The notes beneath the pieces were generated by a model. That model was not told where the DNA came from. It made no database searches and was given only the letters and a program-made list of their open reading frames with translations. Below are positions 35,899 to 45,317 of a DNA stretch of 64,000 nt, piece by piece. A program made the translations under genes and the position numbers. Source of the stretch: an uncultured virus (IMG/VR IMGVR_UViG_3300020037_004263) (taxonomy: Duplodnaviria; Heunggongvirae; Uroviricota; Caudoviricetes); the IMG/VR virus record IMGVR_UViG_3300020037_004263; one strand, 5' to 3'. Position 1 is the stretch's first letter, and each line of letters begins with the position of its first letter.

Positions 35899-37684
35899 AG
35901 CCATCATCCAGGTGGCGTCGGCTCCCGGCGTCAAGCGCGACGGCACCGTCTTCGAAGGGCAGAACTACGTCTCCGCGCAGTGGTGCCGGTTTCAGCGCGG
36001 TCTGCCGCGCAAGATGCCCGGCTACCGCGCGATCAACAAATACCTGCATGGCATCGGCCGCACGCTGCTCGGCTACACGCAGGACACTTTGACCTATGTC
36101 CACGTCGGCTCGGCCGACCATGTCGAGCGCTTTACGGTCGATGGCAACGGCAACACGTCGATCATCGCCGACCGGACGCCGGCGGCTCTGGTCGCCGACG
36201 ATCTCAACATGTGGCAGTTCGACACACTGACCGACGCATCCAGCGAAACCAACCAGATCGTCGCGCAGGTGGCGAGCAACCTTGATTGTATCTGCAGCTC
36301 CTCGGCAGGCCAGTTGTTCACCGGCGATCTGCTCGGCACCGGCGCACTTACCGAAGTCACGACGGTTCCCGGCAACTGGAACCCCAACGGCGGTACGGTC
36401 ACGCTCCACCCCTACAGCTTCGTCTACGGCAGCAACGGCTATGTTGCGTGGTCGATCCCCGGCGATCCGACCGATTTCACCGGCAGCGGAGCAGGGAATG
36501 CCTACATCACCGGGCAGAAGATCGTGCGCGGGCTGCCGTTCCGCGGCGGCCCCGGCAACAGCCCTTCGGGCCTGTTCTGGAGCGCCGACAGCCTGATCCG
36601 CGCCAGCTACATCGGCGGCACTCCGGTCTTCCAGTTCGACACGATCTCGGGCAAGACGTCGATCCTCGGCGCGCAGGCGGTGATCGAGTACGACGGCATC
36701 TTCTACTGGGCCGGCACCGACCGCTTCCAGATGTTCAACGGGGTAGTGCGCGAAGTCGAGAACAACATGAACCTGAACTGGTTCTATGACAATCTCAACG
36801 CGCCGCTGCGCCAGAAGGTGTTCGCATTCAGCGTGCCGCGCTACGGCGAGATATGGTGGTGCTTCCCCTTCGGCAACGCGACCGAATGCACGCATGCGGT
36901 GATCTACAACGTCCGCGAGAATACCTGGTACGACACGGAACTGCCCAACGAAGGGCGGGCGGCAGGACTGTCTCCAGCCGTGTTCCGCCGGCCGATGCTC
37001 ACCGGGGTCGAGCCGCAGGACTATATCGCCGTCGAGGCGACAGTCGTTGCCGGGGGCGCGAGCTACGCTGTCGGTGACGTGCTCTACGTCGTCGGAGGGA
37101 TCAGCGACATTACCGTCGAGCTGACTGTCGCGACCGAGACGGCCGGCGCTGTCACGGCGGTGACGGTGACCAACGCGGGCTCCTACACGTCGCTGCCGAC
37201 CAATCCCGTCGCGACGACATCGACCATGGGCGGCAGCGGCGCGACGTTCACGATGGAGTTCGTCGCGCCATACCGCTTCTGGATCCACGAGATCGGCACC
37301 AACGAGGTTGTCGAGCAGATGGAGCAGCCGATCCTGAGCTACTTCGAGACCGGAGACATCATGCTGCCGCTGATGGAGGGTATGAGCGGGGAGGACAAGA
37401 ACCTCAGCATCAGCATCGTCGAGCCCGATTTCGTCCAGTCGGGCGACATGTCGGTGCAGCTCGTCAGCCGATCGAACGCGCGTGCTCCCGAGATCCGCAG
37501 CGATCTCGTGCCTTTCTCCGAGCAGACGACGACCGGCGTCGGCGCGGACGGCCAGATCGCCCGGTTCAAGTTCGAAGGGCGTCAGTTGCGCTTCTACTTC
37601 GAGAGCAACACGGTCAACGGCACCTATCAGTTCGGACAGACCCTCGCCCACATCAAGCCGACAGACGGGAGGATCACGACATGA
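35888..37684 (+). CDS. Tail hub or DNA-stabilisation protein (P22 gp10-like)
   Basis: PGVKRDGT...WCRFQRGLPRKM; YGEIWWCFP...VIYNVRENTWY; TTG start after GGAGG. Confidence 0.7.
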   Translation: MADEAIIQVASAPGVKRDGTVFEGQNYVSAQWCRFQRGLPRKMPGYRAINKYLHGIGRTLLGYTQDTLTYVHVGSADHVERFTVDGNGNTSIIADRTPAALVADDLNMWQFDTLTDASSETNQIVAQVASNLDCICSSSAGQLFTGDLLGTGALTEVTTVPGNWNPNGGTVTLHPYSFVYGSNGYVAWSIPGDPTDFTGSGAGNAYITGQKIVRGLPFRGGPGNSPSGLFWSADSLIRASYIGGTPVFQFDTISGKTSILGAQAVIEYDGIFYWAGTDRFQMFNGVVREVENNMNLNWFYDNLNAPLRQKVFAFSVPRYGEIWWCFPFGNATECTHAVIYNVRENTWYDTELPNEGRAAGLSPAVFRRPMLTGVEPQDYIAVEATVVAGGASYAVGDVLYVVGGISDITVELTVATETAGAVTAVTVTNAGSYTSLPTNPVATTSTMGGSGATFTMEFVAPYRFWIHEIGTNEVVEQMEQPILSYFETGDIMLPLMEGMSGEDKNLSISIVEPDFVQSGDMSVQLVSRSNARAPEIRSDLVPFSEQTTTGVGADGQIARFKFEGRQLRFYFESNTVNGTYQFGQTLAHIKPTDGRITT

Positions 37685-37914
37685 TCGACCCGACCGGCCT
37701 TACGTTGCTTGACTGGACGGATTCTGTCATACTCGATAACGGTGACGCTTTCGGCTTTCCCAGGCTGATCGACGAGAACGCATGGCAGGACTGGGCCTCG
37801 AACTACGTAAGAGCACAGCCCTTCGCGCAGCGCGCTGTTCCTGATCCCTATCGGTTCGACGACTGGCGAGAGTGGGCCATGCGCAGCTATACCATGCTTG
37901 AAGGACAAGGCTGA
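37681..37914 (+). CDS. Small Trp-rich phage protein
   Basis: WQDWA...PDPYRFDDWREWA; coupled on both sides. Confidence 0.75.
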   Translation: MIDPTGLTLLDWTDSVILDNGDAFGFPRLIDENAWQDWASNYVRAQPFAQRAVPDPYRFDDWREWAMRSYTMLEGQG

Positions 37915-39590
37915 TGGCGTACTCGCCGGAGACCCAGGCTTACATCGACCGGATCAATGCCTACGCCGACGAGATGAGCGGCAAAGGTTACACGGTCAAC
38001 AAGCACGCCGTCGCCGGGCCGGAAGGCGAGGACCCCTACGCCAATCTGATCCGCACCGGCGTCGATCCCAAGAGCCTTGTCGATGTCGGCCACACCTTCC
38101 TGACGAACAAGGGCAACCGCGCCGACTACAAGAGCCAGAGCGGCGTTCTCTGGGCCAACCCCGACGCGCAGTACCACATCACCAACGAGCACGGGAAGGA
38201 CAAACTGCTCTACAGCGGGTCCGGGATCGAAGGTCTCGATCAGGTCTACGCCATTGCGCAGGAGCTTTCGAAGTCCGGCGGCAAGAAAGCCAACTGGGGC
38301 GTTGAGATGTACGACCCGGCGAGCGGACAGTGGGTGCGCTCGGCCGAGGACAATCCTTCGAAGAACCTGCTCGGCAAGATCGCCGACTTCGCGCTGCCGC
38401 TGGCTGGCGCGCTGCTCATGCCGGTTACGGGCGGATTGTCCGGGGCGTTGGCCGCAGGGCTCGGCGCGGCGGGCGGCTCGGCCCTGTCTGGGGTCGCGCA
38501 GGGCAAGAGCATCGGCAACATCCTCAAGGGCGCGGCGCTATCGGGCGGCTTGTCATACCTTGGCGGTTCGGCGCTGGGCGGCCTCGGCGGAGGTTCGGGC
38601 GGAGCCGCTTCTGGAGCCGGGGCAGGCGCGGCGGGAGGCGTCGGAAGCGCCGCGGGCTCGGCGCTAGGCGCGCTTCCCGGCGATATCGTCGTACAGGGCC
38701 TCAAGGGCGGTCTCGGCAGCGCGGTGGGAGGTGCCTTGGGCGGAGCGGCTGGCGGCGCTGCTGCAGGGGCCTTGGGTGGCTCCGGGGCGCTCCCGAACGA
38801 TATCGTCGTGCAGGGCGCGCGCGGCCTCGGGCAGTCGCTGCCCAACGCTCTGGGCAGCATCAGCGGCGCTGCGCTGACCGGGGCAGCCAACCAGCTTGGT
38901 GGCAGCGCGGCCAACAACGAGATCGTCGTCGAAGGGCAGAAGCCCCTCGTGCCCGAGAACTTCACGCTCACCCCCGAGATGCTCGCGTCGCTCGGCATCA
39001 CGACCGAGTTCGCGGCGACGCCGCAGGGCAAGTCGACCGTCGACAAGATCATCAGCGGTCTTAAAGCGGCGGGGCTGCTCACCGGCCTCGTCGGTAACGC
39101 GATCGGCGGAGGCGGCAAGAGCGGCACCGGGACGGTGCCCGGCGCGCTCGGCAACCTCAACCCGATCTTCTCGAAGACGCTGCCGACCACGAACATTCCG
39201 GGGGGCGTCGGCACCGCGGCGAACTTCGCGCCGCGCCAGATGCCCGAGCAGGACTGGAATCGCTACGCGATGCATCCCGAGCAGTCGTTCTTCAACTACG
39301 TGCCGCAGCGCTACACGCCGCCGGTACAGGCGTTCGCCAAAGGCGGCATGGCCGTCAAAGGCAAGGGCACCGGCCGCAGCGACGAGATCGACGCCAAGCT
39401 GTCCGACGGCGAGTACGTCGTCGATGCGGAGACGGTCTCGCTGCTCGGCGACGGGTCGAGCAACGCCGGGGCCAAAGCTCTCGACAACCTGCGCGTCGCC
39501 GTAAGGAAGCACAAGGGCCGCAGTCTGGCCAAAGGCAAGTTCAGCGCCAAGGCGAAGCAGCCCGAGCGCTATCTGGGGGTACGCAAGTAA
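37914..39590 (+). CDS. Putative DNA ejection (internal virion) protein, Gly-rich
   Basis: Gly/Ala hydrophobic segments; C-terminal FAKGG..GTGRSDEIDAKLSDGEYV motif; follows the tail hub. Confidence 0.7.
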   Translation: MAYSPETQAYIDRINAYADEMSGKGYTVNKHAVAGPEGEDPYANLIRTGVDPKSLVDVGHTFLTNKGNRADYKSQSGVLWANPDAQYHITNEHGKDKLLYSGSGIEGLDQVYAIAQELSKSGGKKANWGVEMYDPASGQWVRSAEDNPSKNLLGKIADFALPLAGALLMPVTGGLSGALAAGLGAAGGSALSGVAQGKSIGNILKGAALSGGLSYLGGSALGGLGGGSGGAASGAGAGAAGGVGSAAGSALGALPGDIVVQGLKGGLGSAVGGALGGAAGGAAAGALGGSGALPNDIVVQGARGLGQSLPNALGSISGAALTGAANQLGGSAANNEIVVEGQKPLVPENFTLTPEMLASLGITTEFAATPQGKSTVDKIISGLKAAGLLTGLVGNAIGGGGKSGTGTVPGALGNLNPIFSKTLPTTNIPGGVGTAANFAPRQMPEQDWNRYAMHPEQSFFNYVPQRYTPPVQAFAKGGMAVKGKGTGRSDEIDAKLSDGEYVVDAETVSLLGDGSSNAGAKALDNLRVAVRKHKGRSLAKGKFSAKAKQPERYLGVRK

Positions 39591-41341
39591 TGGCGCTCAC
39601 CGATTTCCTGACCGAAGGCGCGCAGATCCCCGCAGGCTCGGCGGTCAAGTCGATCACCTCCCAGACGGTGCTGCCCGACTGGTACACCAACTATGCGATG
39701 GACATCCTGTCGGGGCAGCAGGCTATCGCGGGCAACCCCTACGCGACGTACCAGGGGCCGCGTGTCGCCGACTTCACGCCGATGCAGCAGCAAAGCTTCC
39801 AGCAGGCCCAGCAGGCGGCGGGAGCCTACCAGCCCGGTCTCGACAAGGCGACGGCGGCAACACAGAGCGCCTTGGGCCAGAACGGCGCGTCCGCCGCGCA
39901 GCCCTACTTCAACCAAGCCGTCGGGCTCAGCCCGCTGGACGCCGGTCAGGCCGACTACAACGGCGCGCGAGGCAGCATTGGGGCGGCGACGGCGATCAAC
40001 CCCGGCACGATGGCACAGCCCTATTACGGCGCTGCGCTGTCGATGAACCCGTCGGTCTCGGCGGCGGGCGACTACGGCGCCGCGCGCGGCACGATCGGCT
40101 CGGCGCTGAGCTACAACGCACCGGGCGCGGCGCAGCCTTACTACGGTCAGGCCGGCAGCATGAACGCGCTCGGTGCGGCACAGCCGTACCTGAGCGGCGC
40201 TGGCGGCTACGCCATGCAGAGCACGACCGGCGACGGCCTCTCCGCCGCGATGCCGTGGCTCAACGCCGCTTCGGGCAGTGTCGCCAACGTCGGCGAGTAC
40301 ATGAACCCCTACGAGCAGGACGTGGTCGATTACATCGGCCAGCAGGGGACGCGCAACCTGCGCGACACGATCATGCCCGCGCTCGAAGGCCGCTACATCA
40401 CCTCGGGCCAGTTCCGCGGCAGCGGGCAGCTCACCGACACGATGCGCGCCGTGCGCGACACCTCGCAGGACATCCTCGGTCAGCAGGCGCAGTTGCGGCA
40501 GTCGGGCTACATCAACGCGCAGAACCAGAAGGGCAACGACCTGAGCCGGTACGGTCAGCTCGGCTCGACAGCGGGCAATCTCGCGGTGCAGCAGCAGCAG
40601 GCCGTCGCCAACGCGGGCAACATGCTCGCCAACATCGGCGCGACAGCAGGCAATCTTACCGCCGGTCAGCAGCAGCTGCTCGCCTCGATGGGCACCAATC
40701 TGGGCCAGCTTACGCAGGGCCAGCAGCAGGGCGCGCTGTCCGCCGCGAACCAGATGGCGGGACTGGGTGCGTCCGAGGCGGGCATGACACAGGCCCAGCA
40801 GAACCTGCTGCAGGGCATCGGCACCCAGACGGGTCAGTTCGGTGCCGGCCAGCAGCGGACTGCGCTTGATGCCGCCAGCCAGCAGGCTGCCCTCGGTTCG
40901 ACGATGTCGGGTCTCTCGCAGGCCCAGCAGAACCTGCTGCGCGGCATCGGCGGCGATGTCGGCGCGCTCACCGGCAGCGACGCCTCGCGCTCGCTCGCCG
41001 GCGGTGCGCAGCTCGGCAACCTCGCCGGCCTCGCCCAGCAGTACGGCATCACCGGGGCCAACGTGCTCAACCAGGCGGGCTCGCAGCAGCAGCAGCTCAA
41101 CCAGCAGAGCCTCAACACCGCCTACGAGGACTTCCTGCGGCAGCAGGGCTACCCGCAGCAGCAGATCGACGCGATGCTGGGCTCGTTCAAGGGCGTGGCG
41201 ACAGGCGTGCCGTCGGCGACGCAGGAGTACGGCGTCGTGCCGTCGGGCGTCCCGGCCGAGTACAAGCCGTCGACCGCATCCAACATCGCCTCCGGGCTCA
41301 CCGGCGCTGCGGGCATCATCGACCTGCTCAAGGGTCTGTAG
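39590..41341 (+). CDS. Putative DNA ejection protein (Gln/Ala-rich helical repeats)
   Basis: YQGPRVADF, YMNPYEQDVV, AYEDFLRQQGYPQQQ motifs. Confidence 0.7.
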   Translation: MALTDFLTEGAQIPAGSAVKSITSQTVLPDWYTNYAMDILSGQQAIAGNPYATYQGPRVADFTPMQQQSFQQAQQAAGAYQPGLDKATAATQSALGQNGASAAQPYFNQAVGLSPLDAGQADYNGARGSIGAATAINPGTMAQPYYGAALSMNPSVSAAGDYGAARGTIGSALSYNAPGAAQPYYGQAGSMNALGAAQPYLSGAGGYAMQSTTGDGLSAAMPWLNAASGSVANVGEYMNPYEQDVVDYIGQQGTRNLRDTIMPALEGRYITSGQFRGSGQLTDTMRAVRDTSQDILGQQAQLRQSGYINAQNQKGNDLSRYGQLGSTAGNLAVQQQQAVANAGNMLANIGATAGNLTAGQQQLLASMGTNLGQLTQGQQQGALSAANQMAGLGASEAGMTQAQQNLLQGIGTQTGQFGAGQQRTALDAASQQAALGSTMSGLSQAQQNLLRGIGGDVGALTGSDASRSLAGGAQLGNLAGLAQQYGITGANVLNQAGSQQQQLNQQSLNTAYEDFLRQQGYPQQQIDAMLGSFKGVATGVPSATQEYGVVPSGVPAEYKPSTASNIASGLTGAAGIIDLLKGL

Positions 41342-41350
41342 GAGGGGCTG

Positions 41351-42151
41351 GTGGCAACGATCTCACAGGATGGCTGGCAGCGGATGCTCGAAGCGCTCGG
41401 ACCGGATAAGGCCGAGCAGTGGCGCGTCCAGCAGGGCATCGAGGTAGAGACGCCGCAAGCGTTGCCCGACGCCGGTGCCGAGACGCCGATGGGCGCGTTG
41501 TCGCAGCCGACGACGGCGCAGAACCCGGACTCCAAAGCAGGCTTGTTCGCCCTGCAACGGGAACTGGCGCAGACCAATACCGAAGATCGCGACTACCAGC
41601 GCCGCCGATTCGAGGAAGGGCGCGCTCGCCTCGAACGAGAGCGCACAGGGCCGTCGACGGCTGAGCAACTATTCCGTCTTTCTGCCGCTTTCGCTCAACC
41701 GCAGCGCTACAAGGGCTTCGGCGGGATGATGGCCAACGTCGCTCCGGTGCTGGGTGATATGGCAGCAATCCGGGAGCGTGCTGGTACTGATCGCGCGGCG
41801 GCGTTGGAGAAGCTGCAGGAGCAGTACATGACCGGCGACTTCGCGGCGCGGCGGCAGGATATAACAGGCCGACTCGGTATCCAGAAGACGATAGCGGAGA
41901 TGGAGAAGCCTAAGGCGCGGCGCACCGGGATCAGTCCGGTGGATGGTTTGCTCTATGATCTCGACACCGGCGAAGTCATTCCGTTCAAACAGGCTGGTGC
42001 CAACGGCGGGGCCAACCTACCGGTCATCTCGTCGCCCGAGGAGGCGCGCAAGCTGGCTCCCGGCACCACGTTCCGCACTCCAGACGGCAGAATCAAACGG
42101 GTTCCCGGAGGTCCGACGCAGTCTGCGTCGGGCGGCTTTCCCGGCGGTTAG
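41351..42151 (+). CDS. Putative ejection protein, probably extended by frameshift
   Basis: GGAGG RBS; helical; ends with LAPGTTFRTPDG...GGPTQSASGGFPGG. Confidence 0.75.
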   Translation: MATISQDGWQRMLEALGPDKAEQWRVQQGIEVETPQALPDAGAETPMGALSQPTTAQNPDSKAGLFALQRELAQTNTEDRDYQRRRFEEGRARLERERTGPSTAEQLFRLSAAFAQPQRYKGFGGMMANVAPVLGDMAAIRERAGTDRAAALEKLQEQYMTGDFAARRQDITGRLGIQKTIAEMEKPKARRTGISPVDGLLYDLDTGEVIPFKQAGANGGANLPVISSPEEARKLAPGTTFRTPDGRIKRVPGGPTQSASGGFPGG

Positions 42152-42512
42152 CGGCAACGATCTCGACCACATCACGATGATGTCCGAGAGCGCGGGCAAC
42201 CCGAACGCGGTCAGTCCCAAGGGCGCTCGCGGACTGATGCAGGTCATGCCCGAGACGGCGCGCGATCCCGGCTTCGGTATCCGCCCCTCAAACGGCACGC
42301 CGCAGGACGATGTGCGCGTCGGGCGCGAGTACCGTGCTGCGATGCGGCGGAGGTACAACGGCAATCTGCCGCAGATGTGGTCGGCCTATAATGCCGGGCC
42401 GGGGCGTACCGACGCGTTGATCGAGAATTACGGCGACGACTGGCTGCGCTACGCGCCGGCAGAGACACAGGCTTACGTTGCGCGCAACATGCGCGCCGTC
42501 AGGAGGAAGTGA
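42138..42512 (+). CDS. Lytic transglycosylase (SLT) domain with no evident start of its own
   Basis: SESAGNPNAVSPKGARGLMQVMP, AYNAGPG, ETQAYV. The start coordinate given is the proposed frameshift site. Confidence 0.85.
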   Translation, partial: FPAVSGNDLDHITMMSESAGNPNAVSPKGARGLMQVMPETARDPGFGIRPSNGTPQDDVRVGREYRAAMRRRYNGNLPQMWSAYNAGPGRTDALIENYGDDWLRYAPAETQAYVARNMRAVRRK

Positions 42513-44998
42513 TGGCCGTAGATCCTTGGGCTGAGTTTGAAGACGTGCAGCCGTCTGCGCCGCGCCCGACGCTCAAGGAGCGCGACATCATGGCTGGCAT
42601 CGACCAGAGCGGTGCGAGCGCGGCGTCGTCTGCTGCCAGTGCTCGGCGCTCGGACACGCTGCTGCCTGCCGACGCTGAGAAGGCTGCCGCGGAGGCTCGC
42701 AAGCTCCAACTCGAAACGGAGAAGCTGGAGCGCGAGGCCGCCCAAGGCCCTGCGCTGACCGGCGACAAGCGCGCCGAGCTCAAGGACACCTTGACGTCGC
42801 TCAAGCAGTTCGAGAACGATCTCGGGCTGTTGGAAACCTCGTTCGACAAGAACTTCGAGGACCAGGGCCTTGCAACGCCCCGCGAGTATCTGCCGGGGAT
42901 GCTCAGTCCGACCAACCAAGCGTACAACGCGGCCTCGAACCGACTGCTCCCGCTCGTGGCCCGCGCCCTCGGGTTTACGTCCAAACAGATGGACACGCCG
43001 TCGGAGATCGAACGGCTCAAGTCCTATGTGCCGACGAACACCGACTCGGACCAGACTGCTCGCGAGAAGCTCACGGCACTGCGCGGCATGCTTGATCGCC
43101 AGCGCGAGAATGCAGCGACGCAGCTCGGGCAAGTAGCGCCGGGAGACGGTGAACAGCCGCCTGCCGTGGCCGGAGCGGTAGATATCGGCGCCGGTCCTAC
43201 GCTCCCCGGCGCGGACGGCGGAGGTAACATAGTACCTCCGGCAGGACCGACCCCTCCGCAGTTCTCTCCGGGAGATCCGCAGATGCAGGCGGCGACCGGC
43301 GACACGCGCCGCGTCGCGGACCCGCAGCTTCAAGGTCAGATGGACGCCATGCTGCGGCAGGGCGCGTCGTTCAGCGACATCAACGCTTTCGCGATGAGCA
43401 AGGGCGCGGAACCGATCAACCGGCAGCAGTACCTCGCGGTGCGCAACTTCCTGCGCAAGAACCCCAACTACGAGGGCAGTCTTGTCGACGTCAACCGGTA
43501 CGAGCCGGTTTCGCTTTTCGAGAAGAATGTCACTGCGGTCGGCAACAACTCGGGCGGGTCCTACCTGCTCGGCGCGGGTCAGATGCTGTCGGCCAACACA
43601 CTCGACGATCTCGCCGCTGATCCGCAGCGAGCCAACCTTGCGCTGGCGATGGCCCAGGCACAGAGTCCGACGGCTACCGGCCTTGGGCAGATGAGCGGCG
43701 CGACCTTGGCAGCGCTCTCAGGGGAGGCGGGCCTTGCCCGCCTCGGTATGGCTCCGGGCCTTGTGCGCGGAGCGCTGGCCGACGTCGGCATGGGCGCGGC
43801 TTCAGGTGCTGGTGCAGCCGGGGACGGCGACCGGGCGATGGGCGCGCTGCAAGGTGCTGGTTACGCAGGTCTCGGCAGCGCCGGCGGCAGCGCGCTCGGC
43901 GCGGGACTACGGCGCGTCGGGACAGGTGTCGCTGATCCTTCGGTACACGCCATGGCCGCCGAGGGCGTTCCGCTGACCATCGGGCAGGTCTATGGCCAGT
44001 CCGGTCTCCCCGGTCGCATCGTCAAGGGCATCGAGGACCGCATTGAGGGCTTCCCGTTCATCGGTGCCGCGGTCAACGCGCGTCGTCGCGGCGGCTACGA
44101 CGTCTTCAACACCAAGACGTTCGAGCGTGCGCTCAAGCCGATCGACGGCAGTGTCGGCGGCAAGGTCGGTGAGGATGCCGTGCTGGCCGCGCAGGGCCTT
44201 GTGGACGCCGCTTACACCAAGGCGCTGGCGGGTAAGGTGGTTCAGATCGACAATCAGTTTGCGAGAGACCTGTCGCAAGCTGTCACCAAGGTCGCTGGAC
44301 TGAGCCGGGTCGGGCCGGAAGTGTTGGAGGACGTCAAAGCTGTCTTCGATCCGTTCAAGACCGGTTCGACGTTCACCGGTCCAGAGATGCAAATAATCAA
44401 ACGCGATCTTGAAAAGATCAAACGCAACTACCGTAACGACCCAAGGGGGGAAGCCGTCAGGAAAGCAGTCGACGAAGTGAAAGACGCTGTATTCGGCATA
44501 TTCCGCCGACAGACGCCGGAGGTGGTCCCTGACTACCAAAAGGCCGACATGGCCTATCGCAGGCTCTCAACGGTCGAGGACGCCGTGCTCGCAGGCAAGA
44601 ACACCAAAGGCAAATTCACCCCTGCGCAGCTCGGGACGGCCGACAGGGCGTCAACTGTCAAGTTCGAGGGCAAGCGCGCAGCGGCGCGTGGCGACAGTCC
44701 GTTCCATGACTTCCAGCGCGACGCGCAGAACGTCCTGCCGAACGAGGTGCCCGACAGCGGCACTGCGGGACGTCTGGCGGCGGGCATGCCTGCCACGGCA
44801 GCTGGGCTGACGCTGGCGGGCATTCTCGGCGCGGCTTACACCAAGGCCGGGCAACGGCTCCTGACCAAGCCCGGTCGCGGCGTCGAGAACGAGATGCTGA
44901 AGAAGGCGCTTACCGACGAAAGAACCCGCCTACTGCTCGGTAAAGCGGGAGCAGGAACCGGGGCGGCTCTCGGGCTGGGAACATATCCCGGCCCGTGA
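42512..44998 (+). CDS. Large putative ejection (internal virion) protein
   Basis: DPWAEF N-terminus; GVPLTIGQ; VPDSGTAGR; last gene of the virion operon. Confidence 0.7.
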   Translation: MAVDPWAEFEDVQPSAPRPTLKERDIMAGIDQSGASAASSAASARRSDTLLPADAEKAAAEARKLQLETEKLEREAAQGPALTGDKRAELKDTLTSLKQFENDLGLLETSFDKNFEDQGLATPREYLPGMLSPTNQAYNAASNRLLPLVARALGFTSKQMDTPSEIERLKSYVPTNTDSDQTAREKLTALRGMLDRQRENAATQLGQVAPGDGEQPPAVAGAVDIGAGPTLPGADGGGNIVPPAGPTPPQFSPGDPQMQAATGDTRRVADPQLQGQMDAMLRQGASFSDINAFAMSKGAEPINRQQYLAVRNFLRKNPNYEGSLVDVNRYEPVSLFEKNVTAVGNNSGGSYLLGAGQMLSANTLDDLAADPQRANLALAMAQAQSPTATGLGQMSGATLAALSGEAGLARLGMAPGLVRGALADVGMGAASGAGAAGDGDRAMGALQGAGYAGLGSAGGSALGAGLRRVGTGVADPSVHAMAAEGVPLTIGQVYGQSGLPGRIVKGIEDRIEGFPFIGAAVNARRRGGYDVFNTKTFERALKPIDGSVGGKVGEDAVLAAQGLVDAAYTKALAGKVVQIDNQFARDLSQAVTKVAGLSRVGPEVLEDVKAVFDPFKTGSTFTGPEMQIIKRDLEKIKRNYRNDPRGEAVRKAVDEVKDAVFGIFRRQTPEVVPDYQKADMAYRRLSTVEDAVLAGKNTKGKFTPAQLGTADRASTVKFEGKRAAARGDSPFHDFQRDAQNVLPNEVPDSGTAGRLAAGMPATAAGLTLAGILGAAYTKAGQRLLTKPGRGVENEMLKKALTDERTRLLLGKAGAGTGAALGLGTYPGP

Positions 44999-45068
44999 GG
45001 CTCTTGAAGCCGATGACGATCAACGTGTGCAGGAACGCGCCTGCGGCGATAGCCAAGCCGGTGCTCAT
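44910..45068 (-). CDS. Small membrane protein overlapping the 3' end of the ejection gene
   Basis: Manual ORF MSTGLAIAAGAFLHTLIVIGFKSLTGRDMFP...; CTGACA-N17-TACGTG lies 6 nt upstream. Confidence 0.4.
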   Translation of the reverse strand: MSTGLAIAAGAFLHTLIVIGFKSLTGRDMFPAREPPRFLLPLYRAVGGFFRR

Positions 45069-45099
45069 CCACGTCACGTAGCACACGCTGCTTACTGTG

Positions 45100-45306
45100 T
45101 CAGCTCCGCGTTTTATGGACTCCGGTGGTCGTCGGTGCTCCTTCGCTGACGTGGTCCGGGCAGAGGTGCGTCCCGCCGCTGCAGTACCAGCCCATGTTCA
45201 TCAGGCCGTGGCCCTCCTGGATGGTCTCGGCCGGCGGCGCCACGATCTCGCAGGCATTGCACTTGATGCCGACGTACTCGCTGGTGATTTCGTCTCGTAT
45301 GATCAT
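45100..45306 (-). CDS. Small Zn-finger-like protein
   Basis: CNAC...GW...HLCPDH; GGAGG RBS. Confidence 0.65.
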   Translation of the reverse strand: MIIRDEITSEYVGIKCNACEIVAPPAETIQEGHGLMNMGWYCSGGTHLCPDHVSEGAPTTTGVHKTRS

Positions 45307-45317
45307 CGCACCCTCCG

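Noticed and set aside
35846..37651. 601-aa antisense ORF
   Set aside because: Shadow of the tail hub gene.
41943..42137. ORF-track N-terminus of the transglycosylase as a real start
   Set aside because: It overlaps the upstream gene by about 200 bp, reads as off-frame sequence and has only a weak RBS; not formally excluded.
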